Of a stretch of DNA of 64,000 nucleotides, positions 32,326 to 42,100 are shown in pieces. A model generated the notes under the pieces. It was not told where the DNA came from. It saw only the letters and a program-made list of their open reading frames with translations, and made no database searches. The DNA is from an uncultured Ignavibacteriaceae bacterium (GTDB lineage: Bacteria; Bacteroidota; Ignavibacteria; Ignavibacteriales; Ignavibacteriaceae): NCBI GenBank assembly GCA_963812305.1, contig CAWEUT010000025.1, forward strand, positions 8,930 through 72,929, in the 5' to 3' direction. Numbering within the stretch: position 1 is the first letter of the stretch; every line of letters starts with the position of its first letter. Position numbers and translations under genes: made by a program.

Positions 32326-33465
32326 ATGAAAGCAAAATCAATAAAAGGTAAATCACCGGAAGAAATTAAAAATGAATTAGCAAAAAGTATTGCTGATGGA
32401 TTTACACCGACATTGGCGATTATTTTTTTATCTGTAAATCTGGATCGAGATTCTATCTGCAAAATATTTGATGAGAAAGGGATTACAATCTTTGGATCAA
32501 CTGCTGCAGGAGAATTTATTAATGGAGAATTGGAAAAAGAATCGGCCGCAATTCTTTTACTTAATATGGACAAGAATAATTTTTTTGTGCACATTGAAGA
32601 AAGAAGTGGAAAAAGTAAATTGAGAACTGCTGCAGAAATCAGTAAAAAGGGTTTAGATAGATTTTCAAATCCTGCTTATCTTGTTGCAACAGGAGGTTCA
32701 ATCATTGATGGCGAAACAATTATCAGCGGAATAAATAGTACTTCAGGAAAAAACTCAATTGTATATGGAGGTATAGCCGGTGACGAGTTGCGTGGAACTG
32801 AAACACATTTATTTACAAATAAAAAATCCACCCAGGATGGAATAATTGCATTAATTGTAGATCATGATAAAATACAATTGACCGGTTTAGCATCACATGG
32901 CTGGAAACCAATTGGAACAATAAGAACGATTACAGATTGTGAAGATTGTAAAGTTTATACGATCGATGATGAACCTGCACTTGATATTATGACAAAATTC
33001 CTTGGTATTTCTTTAGAAGATTATCCAGGAGATGAATTAATAAATAATGTAGGAAATCTGGATCCCATACAGTTGATGAGGGATGATGGAACCACAATAA
33101 CCAGGGCTATCAGAAATCTTAATAAAATAGAAAGATCAATACTACTTGCGGGACCAGTAACGCGCGGAACAAAAATCAGGTTTTCTTTACCTCCGGATAA
33201 TAATAATATACAGCAGGTTACCGAGGAGTGTAGATATTTAAAGGAAATATTTCAACCTCAAGCAGAGGCAATGATAATGTTTTCCTGCATTGGACGATAT
33301 TATTCTTTGGGTCCATTAGTGTCATCTGAGATTGAAGAAGTTAAAGATGTTTGGGATTCTCCAATGGCGGGGTTCTTCTGTTATGGCGAAATCGGAAATT
33401 CTTTAAAAGGCAAGCAGGAATTTCATAATAATACTTGCTGCATCGTAGTGATGAAAGAAAGATAA
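32326..33465 (+). CDS. Stand-alone FIST-domain sensor protein (FIST_N + FIST_C), paralog 1 of 4
   Basis: 379 aa. N-terminus MKAKSIKGKSPEEIKNELAKSIADGFTPTLAIIFLSV. C-terminus PMAGFFCYGEIGNSLKGKQEFHNNTCCIVVMKER, a GEI...FHN.T ending typical of FIST_C. It aligns over its full length with the three downstream paralogs. Confidence 0.7.
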   Translation: MKAKSIKGKSPEEIKNELAKSIADGFTPTLAIIFLSVNLDRDSICKIFDEKGITIFGSTAAGEFINGELEKESAAILLLNMDKNNFFVHIEERSGKSKLRTAAEISKKGLDRFSNPAYLVATGGSIIDGETIISGINSTSGKNSIVYGGIAGDELRGTETHLFTNKKSTQDGIIALIVDHDKIQLTGLASHGWKPIGTIRTITDCEDCKVYTIDDEPALDIMTKFLGISLEDYPGDELINNVGNLDPIQLMRDDGTTITRAIRNLNKIERSILLAGPVTRGTKIRFSLPPDNNNIQQVTEECRYLKEIFQPQAEAMIMFSCIGRYYSLGPLVSSEIEEVKDVWDSPMAGFFCYGEIGNSLKGKQEFHNNTCCIVVMKER

Positions 33466-33513
33466 TGTCATCCTGATTATTATGAAAATAAAATTAGTAA
33501 ATGTAATTAAACT

Positions 33514-34314
33514 ATGATAAAATTCTTCCGTAACATCCGAAAAAAACTTTCAGCTGAAAACAAAGCAGCAAGCTATCTCCGTTATGCTATCGGTGAAATT
33601 GTTCTTGTAGTTATTGGAATACTCATTGCTTTGCAGATTAATAATTGGAATGAAGCGAGAAAAGAAAGAAACAATGAAATAAAATATCTTAAAAATCTAA
33701 AACTAGATTTAAAAACTGATTTAGTTAATTTGGATTCAATGATAGTTGATCGGCGTAATAAAATGTTGTCAGCGAACACATTATTAACGCTTCAACCACC
33801 AAAAACAATAGACCAATTAAAATCGTTTGATAGACTATTATGGAAAGTTTATGGCTGGACAAGTTTTACACCGCGAACAATTACGTTAGATGAATTGATT
33901 AGCTCCGGAAGTTTAAACATTATTAAAAATGATTCTATTAAGTTCTATTTGTTAAGTATTAAAGAAAAAAATGAAACGATAGTAATTTATCGTGAGCATA
34001 TGAGACATGAATACGATAACTACTTATATGATCGCACTTGGCCTATTCTTGAAATCAGACCCTTTTTGGATTTTGAAAAAACAATAACGCAAAAAACAAG
34101 AATTGATATTGAAATATCAGAGGATAAAAGAAAACAACTTGCGTCTCAAGCAGCAATCTTCTTAAATGATATGACTATCAGAAATGGTCTCAGATTAGCG
34201 GCAATGAATAACTTTGGTATTCTTAATTTATATGAATCACTTTATGCAGAAATACAAAAACTAATTAAATTTATTGATGAAGACATAGATGAAGAGCCAT
34301 TAAAAAATTCATAA
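33514..34314 (+). CDS. N-terminally anchored membrane protein, DUF6090-like
   Basis: The N-terminus MIKFFRNIRKKLSAENKAASYLRYAIGEIVLVVIGILIALQINNWNE matches, from memory, the signature N-terminus of DUF6090 family proteins of Bacteroidota. The rest of the protein is helical. It interrupts the FIST array. Confidence 0.55.
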   Translation: MIKFFRNIRKKLSAENKAASYLRYAIGEIVLVVIGILIALQINNWNEARKERNNEIKYLKNLKLDLKTDLVNLDSMIVDRRNKMLSANTLLTLQPPKTIDQLKSFDRLLWKVYGWTSFTPRTITLDELISSGSLNIIKNDSIKFYLLSIKEKNETIVIYREHMRHEYDNYLYDRTWPILEIRPFLDFEKTITQKTRIDIEISEDKRKQLASQAAIFLNDMTIRNGLRLAAMNNFGILNLYESLYAEIQKLIKFIDEDIDEEPLKNS

Positions 34315-34320
34315 GAAAGT

Positions 34321-34356
34321 ACAACCTGCAGTTGGGTGGCATTAAAAGAAAAATGA
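34321..34356 (+). other. Relic 3' end (last ~11 codons + stop) of a lost FIST paralog
   Basis: acaacctgcagttgggtggcattaaaagaaaaatga aligns with the 3' end of FIST2 (acaacggtaagctgggttgcattaaaagaaaaatga) and encodes ...WVALKEK*. It is followed by the same 22-nt spacer (tctaatagaaggactgttgtaa) that separates FIST2/3 and FIST3/4. Confidence 0.75.
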
Positions 34357-34378
34357 TCTAATAGAAGGACTGTTGTAA

Positions 34379-35539
34379 ATGAAAGCAAAATCAATTAAAG
34401 GAAAATCACCGGAAGAAATTAAAACCGCTTTGGCTGAAAGTATGTCAGATGCCCACCTGCCGGATGGGCAGGGATTCAAGCCCACACTAGCCATCATCAT
34501 TTTAAGCCACAATGAAGATACTGAACAACTCCAATCAATTTTTGAGGCAAAAGGTATTGCGATTTTCGGAATTACAGCACCCCAAAAATTTACCGAACAA
34601 GGTATGGAAACTGATGATATTGTAGCATTGCTAATGGATATGAAACCGGAATATTTCAGAATTGTACTAAACGATTACGGGGAGTCGTCTGCGTATGAGG
34701 CCGGACACCAGGCGGGAATAACCGGAAAGAACTTATTTGCGAATCCCGGCTTCATCATTTCACCAATAGATTTCAAAATGTCTGGCGATGAATTGATTAG
34801 GGGATTAACGGATGCGGCAGGCCAGGGTGTCACCATTATGGGCGGTGTGGCTGGTAACCCAGATGATTTCTCAGGTATTTTATTCACAAATACCTTATCC
34901 AGTAAAGGGGGTTTACTTGCACTCATTATTGATCAGGACAAAATTTTGATAAATGGATTGGCAGTTTCAGGATGGAAACCGGTTGGGACAACAAAAAAAA
35001 TCACAAAAAGTGAAGGCTCCTGGGTTTTTACGATTGATAATGAACCGGCAATGAATGTCATTCAGCGGTTTTTGGGAGATGAAATAATAATTTCTACCAA
35101 CCAGGCGAGCGGGCTGCTTCCTACTGACCTTGGCTATCCTTTACAATTTGAGAGAGCATCAGGAAATGTAATAATGAAGCCAGCTTTATTTTTCAACACT
35201 GCTAATCAATCAGTAATGATAGGAGGTGAAGTGAAGGAAGGTGACCTTTTTCGTTTTTCCCTGCCACCGGATTTTGATGTGATTGATAAAGTGGTGGAAA
35301 GTACAAAGACCATCAAAGAAAAGGATATGCCAGAGGCAGATGCCATGCTCATTTTTTCCTGCGTTGGCAGGCTGGGCACATTTGGGCCCATGATTACAAC
35401 AGAAATAGAAGGTCTGGCAGCAACGTGGAATAAGCCTATGCTGGGCTTTTTTTCATTGGGTGAATTTGGAAAACTGGATGAGGGCCGCTGTGAATTTCAC
35501 GGAACAACGGTAAGCTGGGTTGCATTAAAAGAAAAATGA
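34379..35539 (+). CDS. Stand-alone FIST-domain sensor protein, paralog 2 of 4
   Basis: 386 aa. MKAKSIKGKSPEEIKTALAESMSD... to ...PMLGFFSLGEFGKLDEGRCEFHGTTVSWVALKEK*. It is visibly GC-richer than its surroundings. Confidence 0.7.
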   Translation: MKAKSIKGKSPEEIKTALAESMSDAHLPDGQGFKPTLAIIILSHNEDTEQLQSIFEAKGIAIFGITAPQKFTEQGMETDDIVALLMDMKPEYFRIVLNDYGESSAYEAGHQAGITGKNLFANPGFIISPIDFKMSGDELIRGLTDAAGQGVTIMGGVAGNPDDFSGILFTNTLSSKGGLLALIIDQDKILINGLAVSGWKPVGTTKKITKSEGSWVFTIDNEPAMNVIQRFLGDEIIISTNQASGLLPTDLGYPLQFERASGNVIMKPALFFNTANQSVMIGGEVKEGDLFRFSLPPDFDVIDKVVESTKTIKEKDMPEADAMLIFSCVGRLGTFGPMITTEIEGLAATWNKPMLGFFSLGEFGKLDEGRCEFHGTTVSWVALKEK

Positions 35540-35561
35540 TTTAACAGAAAGAATGTAGTAA

Positions 35562-36746
35562 ATGAAAGCGAAAACAATCAAAGGAAAATCTACAGAAGAA
35601 ATCAGTTCTGCATTAACTGAAAGCATGTCCGACGGATACAAGCCAACTTTAGCTGTTGTGTTCTTATCTGTAAAACAGGACAGAGAAGCTATTTCCAAAT
35701 TACTCGACGATAAAGGAATTCAGATCTTTGGTGCTACCACTGCTGGCGAATTTATTGATGACGAAATTGAAGAAGGCAGTATTGTCATGATGTTGCTCAA
35801 CATGAATCCCGCTTATTTTAAAATAGAATTTCTTGAAACAAGCCAGAAGTCCGCCTTCGAAGACGCAGCCAAACTAGGCATTATCGGAAAAGAAACCTTC
35901 ACTAACCCTGCGTTTATAATTGCAAACAGTGGAGTGTCCTTAGACGGGGAACCATTTGTTGAAGGTATCCTACAAGGGTTTGGAAAACCTTCCTCGTCGG
36001 AAGACAGTGAAGTAACCATATTCGGAGGTAAGGCTGGAGATGATTTGGCACTTGAAGCAACATTTGTTTTTACCTACGGAAAAAGTAGCGACTGCGCACT
36101 TGTAGCACTCATTATTGATGAAGATAAAATAGATGTTAAAGGTATAGCAACTTGTGGCTGGAAGGCTATTGGCACCACAAAAACAGTTACTAAAAGCGAA
36201 GGTAATATTGTTTATACCATCGACGATAAACCAGCATTGGATGTGTTACTAAATTACCTTGGCGTTGAGATAAAGCTGGATGGCAACAAGGAAATCGTGA
36301 CATTCCTAAACTCCTGGTATTATCCATTACAAGTGGAACGTGAAAATACAGATCCTGTAATACGTACAGCTATGTTTGCCAATAGTGAGGACCGATCACT
36401 TATTTGTTCCGGAAAAGTACCGCAAGGGTCAAAAATTAAATTTTCGCTGCCGCCAGATTTTGATTCTATCGATACCGTAGTTGCAGAGTGTAAAAGCATT
36501 AAAGACAATGCACAGCAGCGAGCTGATGCATTGATTATGTTTTCCTGCGTGAGCAGATATTTATCTTTTGGGATGGTAATAAAAGAGGAGTTAGAACAAG
36601 TACAAAAAATTTGGGATGCACCTATGGCAGGTTTTTTTTCCTATGGCGAATATGGAAAATCCTTGTCTAGCGTAAAGGTTGGAAAGGCCGTTAAAAATGA
36701 TTATCATAATAATACTTGCTGCGTAGTGGCATTAAAAGAAAAATGA
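35562..36746 (+). CDS. Stand-alone FIST-domain sensor protein, paralog 3 of 4
   Basis: 394 aa, starting 22 nt after the previous stop. MKAKTIKGKSTEEISSALTESMSDGYKPTLAVVFLSV... to ...PMAGFFSYGEYGK...DYHNNTCCVVALKEK*. Confidence 0.7.
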   Translation: MKAKTIKGKSTEEISSALTESMSDGYKPTLAVVFLSVKQDREAISKLLDDKGIQIFGATTAGEFIDDEIEEGSIVMMLLNMNPAYFKIEFLETSQKSAFEDAAKLGIIGKETFTNPAFIIANSGVSLDGEPFVEGILQGFGKPSSSEDSEVTIFGGKAGDDLALEATFVFTYGKSSDCALVALIIDEDKIDVKGIATCGWKAIGTTKTVTKSEGNIVYTIDDKPALDVLLNYLGVEIKLDGNKEIVTFLNSWYYPLQVERENTDPVIRTAMFANSEDRSLICSGKVPQGSKIKFSLPPDFDSIDTVVAECKSIKDNAQQRADALIMFSCVSRYLSFGMVIKEELEQVQKIWDAPMAGFFSYGEYGKSLSSVKVGKAVKNDYHNNTCCVVALKEK

Positions 36747-36768
36747 TTTAACAGAAAGATTGTAGTAA

Positions 36769-37908
36769 ATGAAAGCAAAATCAATAAAAGGAAAATCCCC
36801 AGAAGAAATTAAAACAGCACTGGAACAAAGCATTGCTGATGGTTTTAAACCGACGCTTGCCGTTGTTTTTCTTTCTGTAAAACAGGACAGAACGGCCATC
36901 AGTAAATTGTTGGATTCGCATGGTATAGCCATTTTTGGAGCTACCACGAGCGGTGAGTTCATTGATGAAGTGACGGAAAAAGGAACAGTTGTGATGTTAC
37001 TGCTTGATATCAAAAGGGACCACTTCCAGATTTATCTCGATGATTTTCATGAAAAAAACTTCCGCGAAAGTGCATCGGGCATAGCTAAAAAAGCGAAGGG
37101 AATATTCCCGAAACCTGCATTCCTTATTTCCGGCTCTCACCTTGAAACGGATGCTGAGCAGTTGCTTTTTGGATTTGAAGATGTTGTGGGTAAAGATGTG
37201 AATGTTTATGGCGGCATGGCTTCCGATGATTACACATTCACAGAGCAGTTTGTTTTTACCAATGGTAAGGAAAGCAATCAGGGCATCGTTGCCCTGGCTC
37301 TTGATGAAGATAAAATCCTCATCAAAGGAAAAGCAACCTGTGGCTGGAAAGCTGTAGGAACAGAGAAAACAGTAACAAAAAGTGAAGGGAACCATGTTTA
37401 TACGGTAGATGATATTCCTGTATTGGATCTTACTGTAAAATATGGCGGGTTGAAAAATGTATCCCCTGACAATACCGGATTGATGCTTGAGATTGCTGCA
37501 AATCTGCCCTTGCAACTGCAGCGTGAAAAAGGTGATCCGGTCATGCGTCCCGGTCTCCTTGTTGACTGGAGCGACCGTTCTTTCTTTTGCAGCGGATCAG
37601 TCCCCCAAGGTTCGAAAATCAGATTCTCACTTCCTCCAGATTTTGATGTGATGGAAACCGTAATTAAGGGTGCCGAAGAATTGAAAAATACAGAAATGCC
37701 TGAAGCTGATACAATAATTGTATTTAGCTGTGCAGGCAGAATTCTCGTTTTTGGACCAATGATGAATATGGAGATTGAAGGGCTAAAAAAAATCTGGAAT
37801 GTCCCAATGGTGGGGATGTTCAGTAACGCAGAATTGGCAAGAGCAACCGGTGGTGATTTAGAAATGCACAACCTGACAACTTGTTGTGTTGTATTAAAAG
37901 AAAAGTAA
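36769..37908 (+). CDS. Stand-alone FIST-domain sensor protein, paralog 4 of 4
   Basis: 379 aa, starting 22 nt after the previous stop. MKAKSIKGKSPEEIKTALEQSIADGFKPTLAVVFLSV... to ...PMVGMFSNAELARATGGDLEMHNLTTCCVVLKEK*. Confidence 0.7.
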   Translation: MKAKSIKGKSPEEIKTALEQSIADGFKPTLAVVFLSVKQDRTAISKLLDSHGIAIFGATTSGEFIDEVTEKGTVVMLLLDIKRDHFQIYLDDFHEKNFRESASGIAKKAKGIFPKPAFLISGSHLETDAEQLLFGFEDVVGKDVNVYGGMASDDYTFTEQFVFTNGKESNQGIVALALDEDKILIKGKATCGWKAVGTEKTVTKSEGNHVYTVDDIPVLDLTVKYGGLKNVSPDNTGLMLEIAANLPLQLQREKGDPVMRPGLLVDWSDRSFFCSGSVPQGSKIRFSLPPDFDVMETVIKGAEELKNTEMPEADTIIVFSCAGRILVFGPMMNMEIEGLKKIWNVPMVGMFSNAELARATGGDLEMHNLTTCCVVLKEK

Positions 37909-37916
37909 ATTATAAA

Positions 37917-38889
37917 ATGAATCAAAAGCTTCAAAACATATTAAAAATTCTTGAGCAAAATCAAAACCTTTCTGCTGAGGAGAAGGAATCAGCATTAAAG
38001 GCTTTAAAGGATGCTGACAAAGAATTTGAAATAACAGCCTTTAAACTTGAACGTACAGAGAAAGTAAAAAAAACGACAGCGATTTTGCTTGAAGAAACAA
38101 TTGAGGAACTTGAACAAAAGCGAAAAGCTGTTGAAGAACAAACTAAAATAATTCACGCAGAGAACGACAGGAAATCCAAAGAGCTTGAGGATGCAAGACA
38201 ATTACAATTGGCAATGCTTCCTCGTGAACTTCCAAGAGTTGCTAATCTTGATATTGCTGTGCATATGAGAACAGCAACAGAAGTTGGTGGTGATTATTAT
38301 GATTTTCATGTCCAGCCCGATGGTACTTTGACTGTTCTTGTCGGTGATGCGACGGGTCATGGAATGATGTCGGGAATGATGGTATCAATTATGAAATCGT
38401 TTTTCATTTCTAATCGATCGAATCTGGAATTGAAACAATTTTTTGAAAACTGTAACAACTCTATTAAAGATATGCACCTTGGACAGATTAATGATGGCTA
38501 CAATGGGTGTTCAAATTACTTCTGAAAAAGTTATTGCTACTAATGCTGGAATGCCATCACTGCTTTACTTTAGAAATAAATCTAAGAAAGCCGGAGAGTT
38601 TGTTAGCAATAATTTGCCCTTGGGTGGAATGAAGAATACAAATTATTCACTAAAAGAGATCAGATATGAAAAAGGCGATACATTGTTACTTATGAGTGAT
38701 GGATTTGCTGAATTAATGAATGAGAAAAATGAACAATATGGATATGAAAGAGTGAAGAAGGAATTTATGTCTGTTGCACAAAAAAGTCCTAATGAAATAG
38801 TTGAACATCTTAAAAACTCAGCATCTCAATGGATTAACGGAATAGAGCCCGATGATGATGTAACGTTTGTGGTAATAAAAATTAAATAA
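37917..38889 (+). pseudogene. Sensor-less coiled-coil - SpoIIE phosphatase; a single inserted base as assembled
   Basis: ATG 37917 lies 8 nt after the FIST4 stop; the track ORF starts earlier, in frame, at 37881. The N-terminal ~95 aa is only predicted coiled coil (LERTEKVKKTTAILLEETIEELEQKRKAVEEQTKIIHAENDRKSKELEDARQLQLAMLP). Fragments are 37881..38525 and 38443..38889. Compared with the paralog at 42811-42860, aaagatatgcaccttggaCagattaatgatgg carries one extra C at 38484. SpoIIE motifs are intact and the protein ends DDDVTFVVIKIK*. Confidence 0.8.
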
Positions 38890-38933
38890 ATAATCACCCC
38901 GACTTTAGGTATTGTGTTAAAATATGTATGACG

Positions 38934-39021
38934 TCACACCGAGCGAAGTCGAGGTGTGAAATGATCTTAAAATGTCAGTCTTCGACGGAGTTTATCCCGA
39001 TTTATCGGGGCTCAGACTGAC
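38934..39021. repeat. REP/MITE-like palindromic elements in the spacer after the 37917..38889 gene
   Basis: The elements are tcacacc-gagcgaagtcga-ggtgtga (38934-38959) and gtcagtct...cccgatttatcgggg...agactgac (38974-39021). They are flanked by caccccgactttaggt (38896-) and cagcctctaaagagcgtggc (39040-), the same layout as in 5909-6144 and 15172-15436. Confidence 0.65.
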
Positions 39022-39177
39022 GAATTGTATTTTTCACCCAGCCTCTAAAGAGCGTGGCTATTAAGAGGAAAAAAACATTGTTGCAGCAAACCCATGAGCC
39101 TTTATAACCTGTAGTCAGGTTCGGGTTAAGACTAGTTGGATATTTTAAGAACTCAATCAATAAAAGATTTGTGAACT

Positions 39178-42100
39178 ATGAACGATAAAAAAGAAAAATT
39201 ATTAAACGATACATACCAGAAATGGATTCATACAAGTTTGTATGATTTACCATTGGATGCAATAAATGATTTTGTTGATCCTAAGATAATGGGATACGGT
39301 ACTGCTGTTGATGAAAAAGTTCTTTCCATAACTGACTATCGTAAATTGTTAAATACACAAAGAAAACAGGCTGTTGGTCTTGATATGAGTTTTGAAATTA
39401 CTCCTGTTTTCAGAAGTATATCAAACAAAGAAGATTCTGCAATTTTTGTTGATGAAATCACTGTTTCAATAATTGTAAATAAAAATAAACAGGGACTCTT
39501 TTTAAGACTCACCACTATTTTAGATTACATTGATAGTAAATGGATAGTGGTCCATTGGCATGGTTCTATACCGACTGAAACAACTGCTGAATCCGATACC
39601 TGGCTTGTAAATGAATGGAAAAGAAAAAATGAAGAACTTCAAAAACTTGTTGATGAAAAAACTTCAGAGCTATTGAATAAAAACCGTGAGCTTGAAATTG
39701 AAGCCTCATTGGAAAAAGTTCGCACAATTGCAATGGGGATGAGGAAACCAGATGATATGCTGGATGTGTGCAAGACAATTTCACTTCAACTCCATTCATT
39801 GGGTGTAAAGGAAATTCGTAATGTGCAAACAGCTATCTTTTATGAGCAACTCGGCACTTATATGAATTATGAATATTATGCAAAGCACGACAAGACCTTT
39901 ATTACAGAAACTTCATATACAAACCATGAAATGCATAAAGAATTTGCGGCAAAAATGCTGAGGGGCAAGGGAGAAACCTTTATCACACATATAAAAGGCG
40001 ATGACGTAAAAGACTGGATTGATTATCAAAAAACGACAAATGTTTTTATTGACAAGTATCTGGAAACTGCTTCTTCAGTTAACTATTATTGGTTTTCTCT
40101 CGGTCCAGTTGCACTTGGAATTTCAACATACCGCCCTTTAACAGAAGAAGGTATAAATCTATTCAAACGATTTGTAAAAGTGTTTGAATTGGCATATCAA
40201 AGGCACCTGGATATTGAAAAAGCTGAAGCTCAGGCAAGGGAAGCGAAGATAGAAACTTCGCTTGAAAGAGTGCGCGCAAGAACAATGGCGATGCAAAAAA
40301 GTGAAGAACTGAATGATGTAGTAATGACATTATTCGGTCAAATGAAAGACCTGGGAATTGATATTGATGGAATTAATATCAATATATTGATTGATGACCT
40401 AACCGGTTTTGAGTCCTGGTTTACAGCCCCTGGTTATACAAAAGCCGTTTGCCTGTATACTCCTTATTTCAACACCCCTGTAATGAATGATATTTTTAAT
40501 GCGGTTAAAAGCAAACAGGATCTTCTCAGTAAGATTTACCCGAAAGAAGAAAAAGACGCCTACTTCTCTTACCTATATGAACATACTGATTATAAAAACC
40601 TGCCGGATGAAAGAAAAAAAATGATCCTTGACGCTGAAGGCTGGTGCCTGTCTGTAGGACTTGCAAATAATATAGGCATCAGTATACATAGCTACACTGA
40701 TAGAACATTTTCTGAAAAGGAACATGATATTTTAAAACGGTTTGCCAAAGTATTTGAACAAACCTACACCCGTTTTCTCGATCTAAAAAAAGCAGAAGCA
40801 CAAGCAAGAGAAGCTAAGATAGAAGCTGCTTTGGAAAGAGTTCGTGCTGTTGCTATGAGCATGCACAAATCTGATGATATTATTAGTATTTGCGAAGTGT
40901 CATTCAAAGAGTTTCAAAAGTTGGGCTTTGATAACCTCCGGAATGCTATCATCCATATTCCAAATGACGAACAAAAATATTTCATGGATTATGACTATTC
41001 AGAATTTACCGGTGGCGCAATAACGAAAATTAAATATGGTTCACATCCCATTGTAGATGAATATCTGGAAAAAATCAGAATAGCCGAAGATGCCTATTTT
41101 GAAGTAGTCATAAATGAAAACCAGCTGGCAGGATGGAAAGACTTCAGAAAAGAATCCGGACAGCTGGATGATCCACGATTAGATGATGCAAGAGCACTTT
41201 ATTACTATCTCTTTTCCATCGGAATCGGTGATATCGGTATATCTACGTTTAGACCGATTGAGGACTCCCAAATTAAAATTCTTAAACGATTCAGAAATGT
41301 GTTCGATCTTGCATACCGAAGGTATAATGATATTTCACTTGCAGAAGCACAGACAAGAGAAGCTCAGATTGAAAGCGCGCTTGAAAAAATTCGTTCCCGA
41401 TCTCTTGCAATGCAAAAAAGTGATGAGTTGAAGGAAGTGATAACAGTGGTTATTATGAAACTGCAGGAGCTGGGTATGGCAATGGAAGGTCGTGTAGCTG
41501 GAATCTACACTTTTGAAGATGATTCAAAAGATCATATTCAGTGGGTAGCTTCACCTCAATTTACTTCTACATTGAGCATCCATGTTCCTTATTTTGTTCA
41601 TCCCATTATTGACGAATTCATTGAGTTCCACGAAAAGAGAGGTATACTCAATAAAATATATTCTCGTGAATTAAAAGATAGTGCATTCCGGATTATGTAT
41701 CAGCTTCCAGAATTGAGAGACAATCCAGAAAGTGAAAAGGAATGGGTTTTTGGAGCAAAGGATTATTCGTTGAGTGTTGCATTTGAAGACTATTCCGCAG
41801 TTGGTATTGCCAGCTTCCCCGCAAAATTATTTACTGAAAATGAGATAGCAATTCTGAAAAGATTTGCCAAAGTTTTTGAACAAGCATATATCCGTTTTCT
41901 CGATCTCCAAAAAGCCGAAGCACAAGCCAAGGAGGCTCATATAGAAGCAGCATTGGAAAGAGTGAGAAGCAGAACAATGGGTATGCAAAAAAGCGAAGAA
42001 CTGAAAGAGGTAATTCGGGTTGTTTATGAACAGTTCGTACACTTAAAGATCAGTGTTGACCATGCAGGTTTTGTAGTTGATTATAAACCAAAAGGCGATT

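Noticed and set aside
36997-37934. Two long minus-strand ORFs (172 and 178 aa) plus 36732..37013 and 32301..32594, all antisense to FIST genes
   Set aside because: They mirror well-supported plus-strand FIST genes and have no start context or recognisable motifs. Their length is explained by the locally higher GC content, which produces fewer stop codons. They are treated as shadow ORFs.
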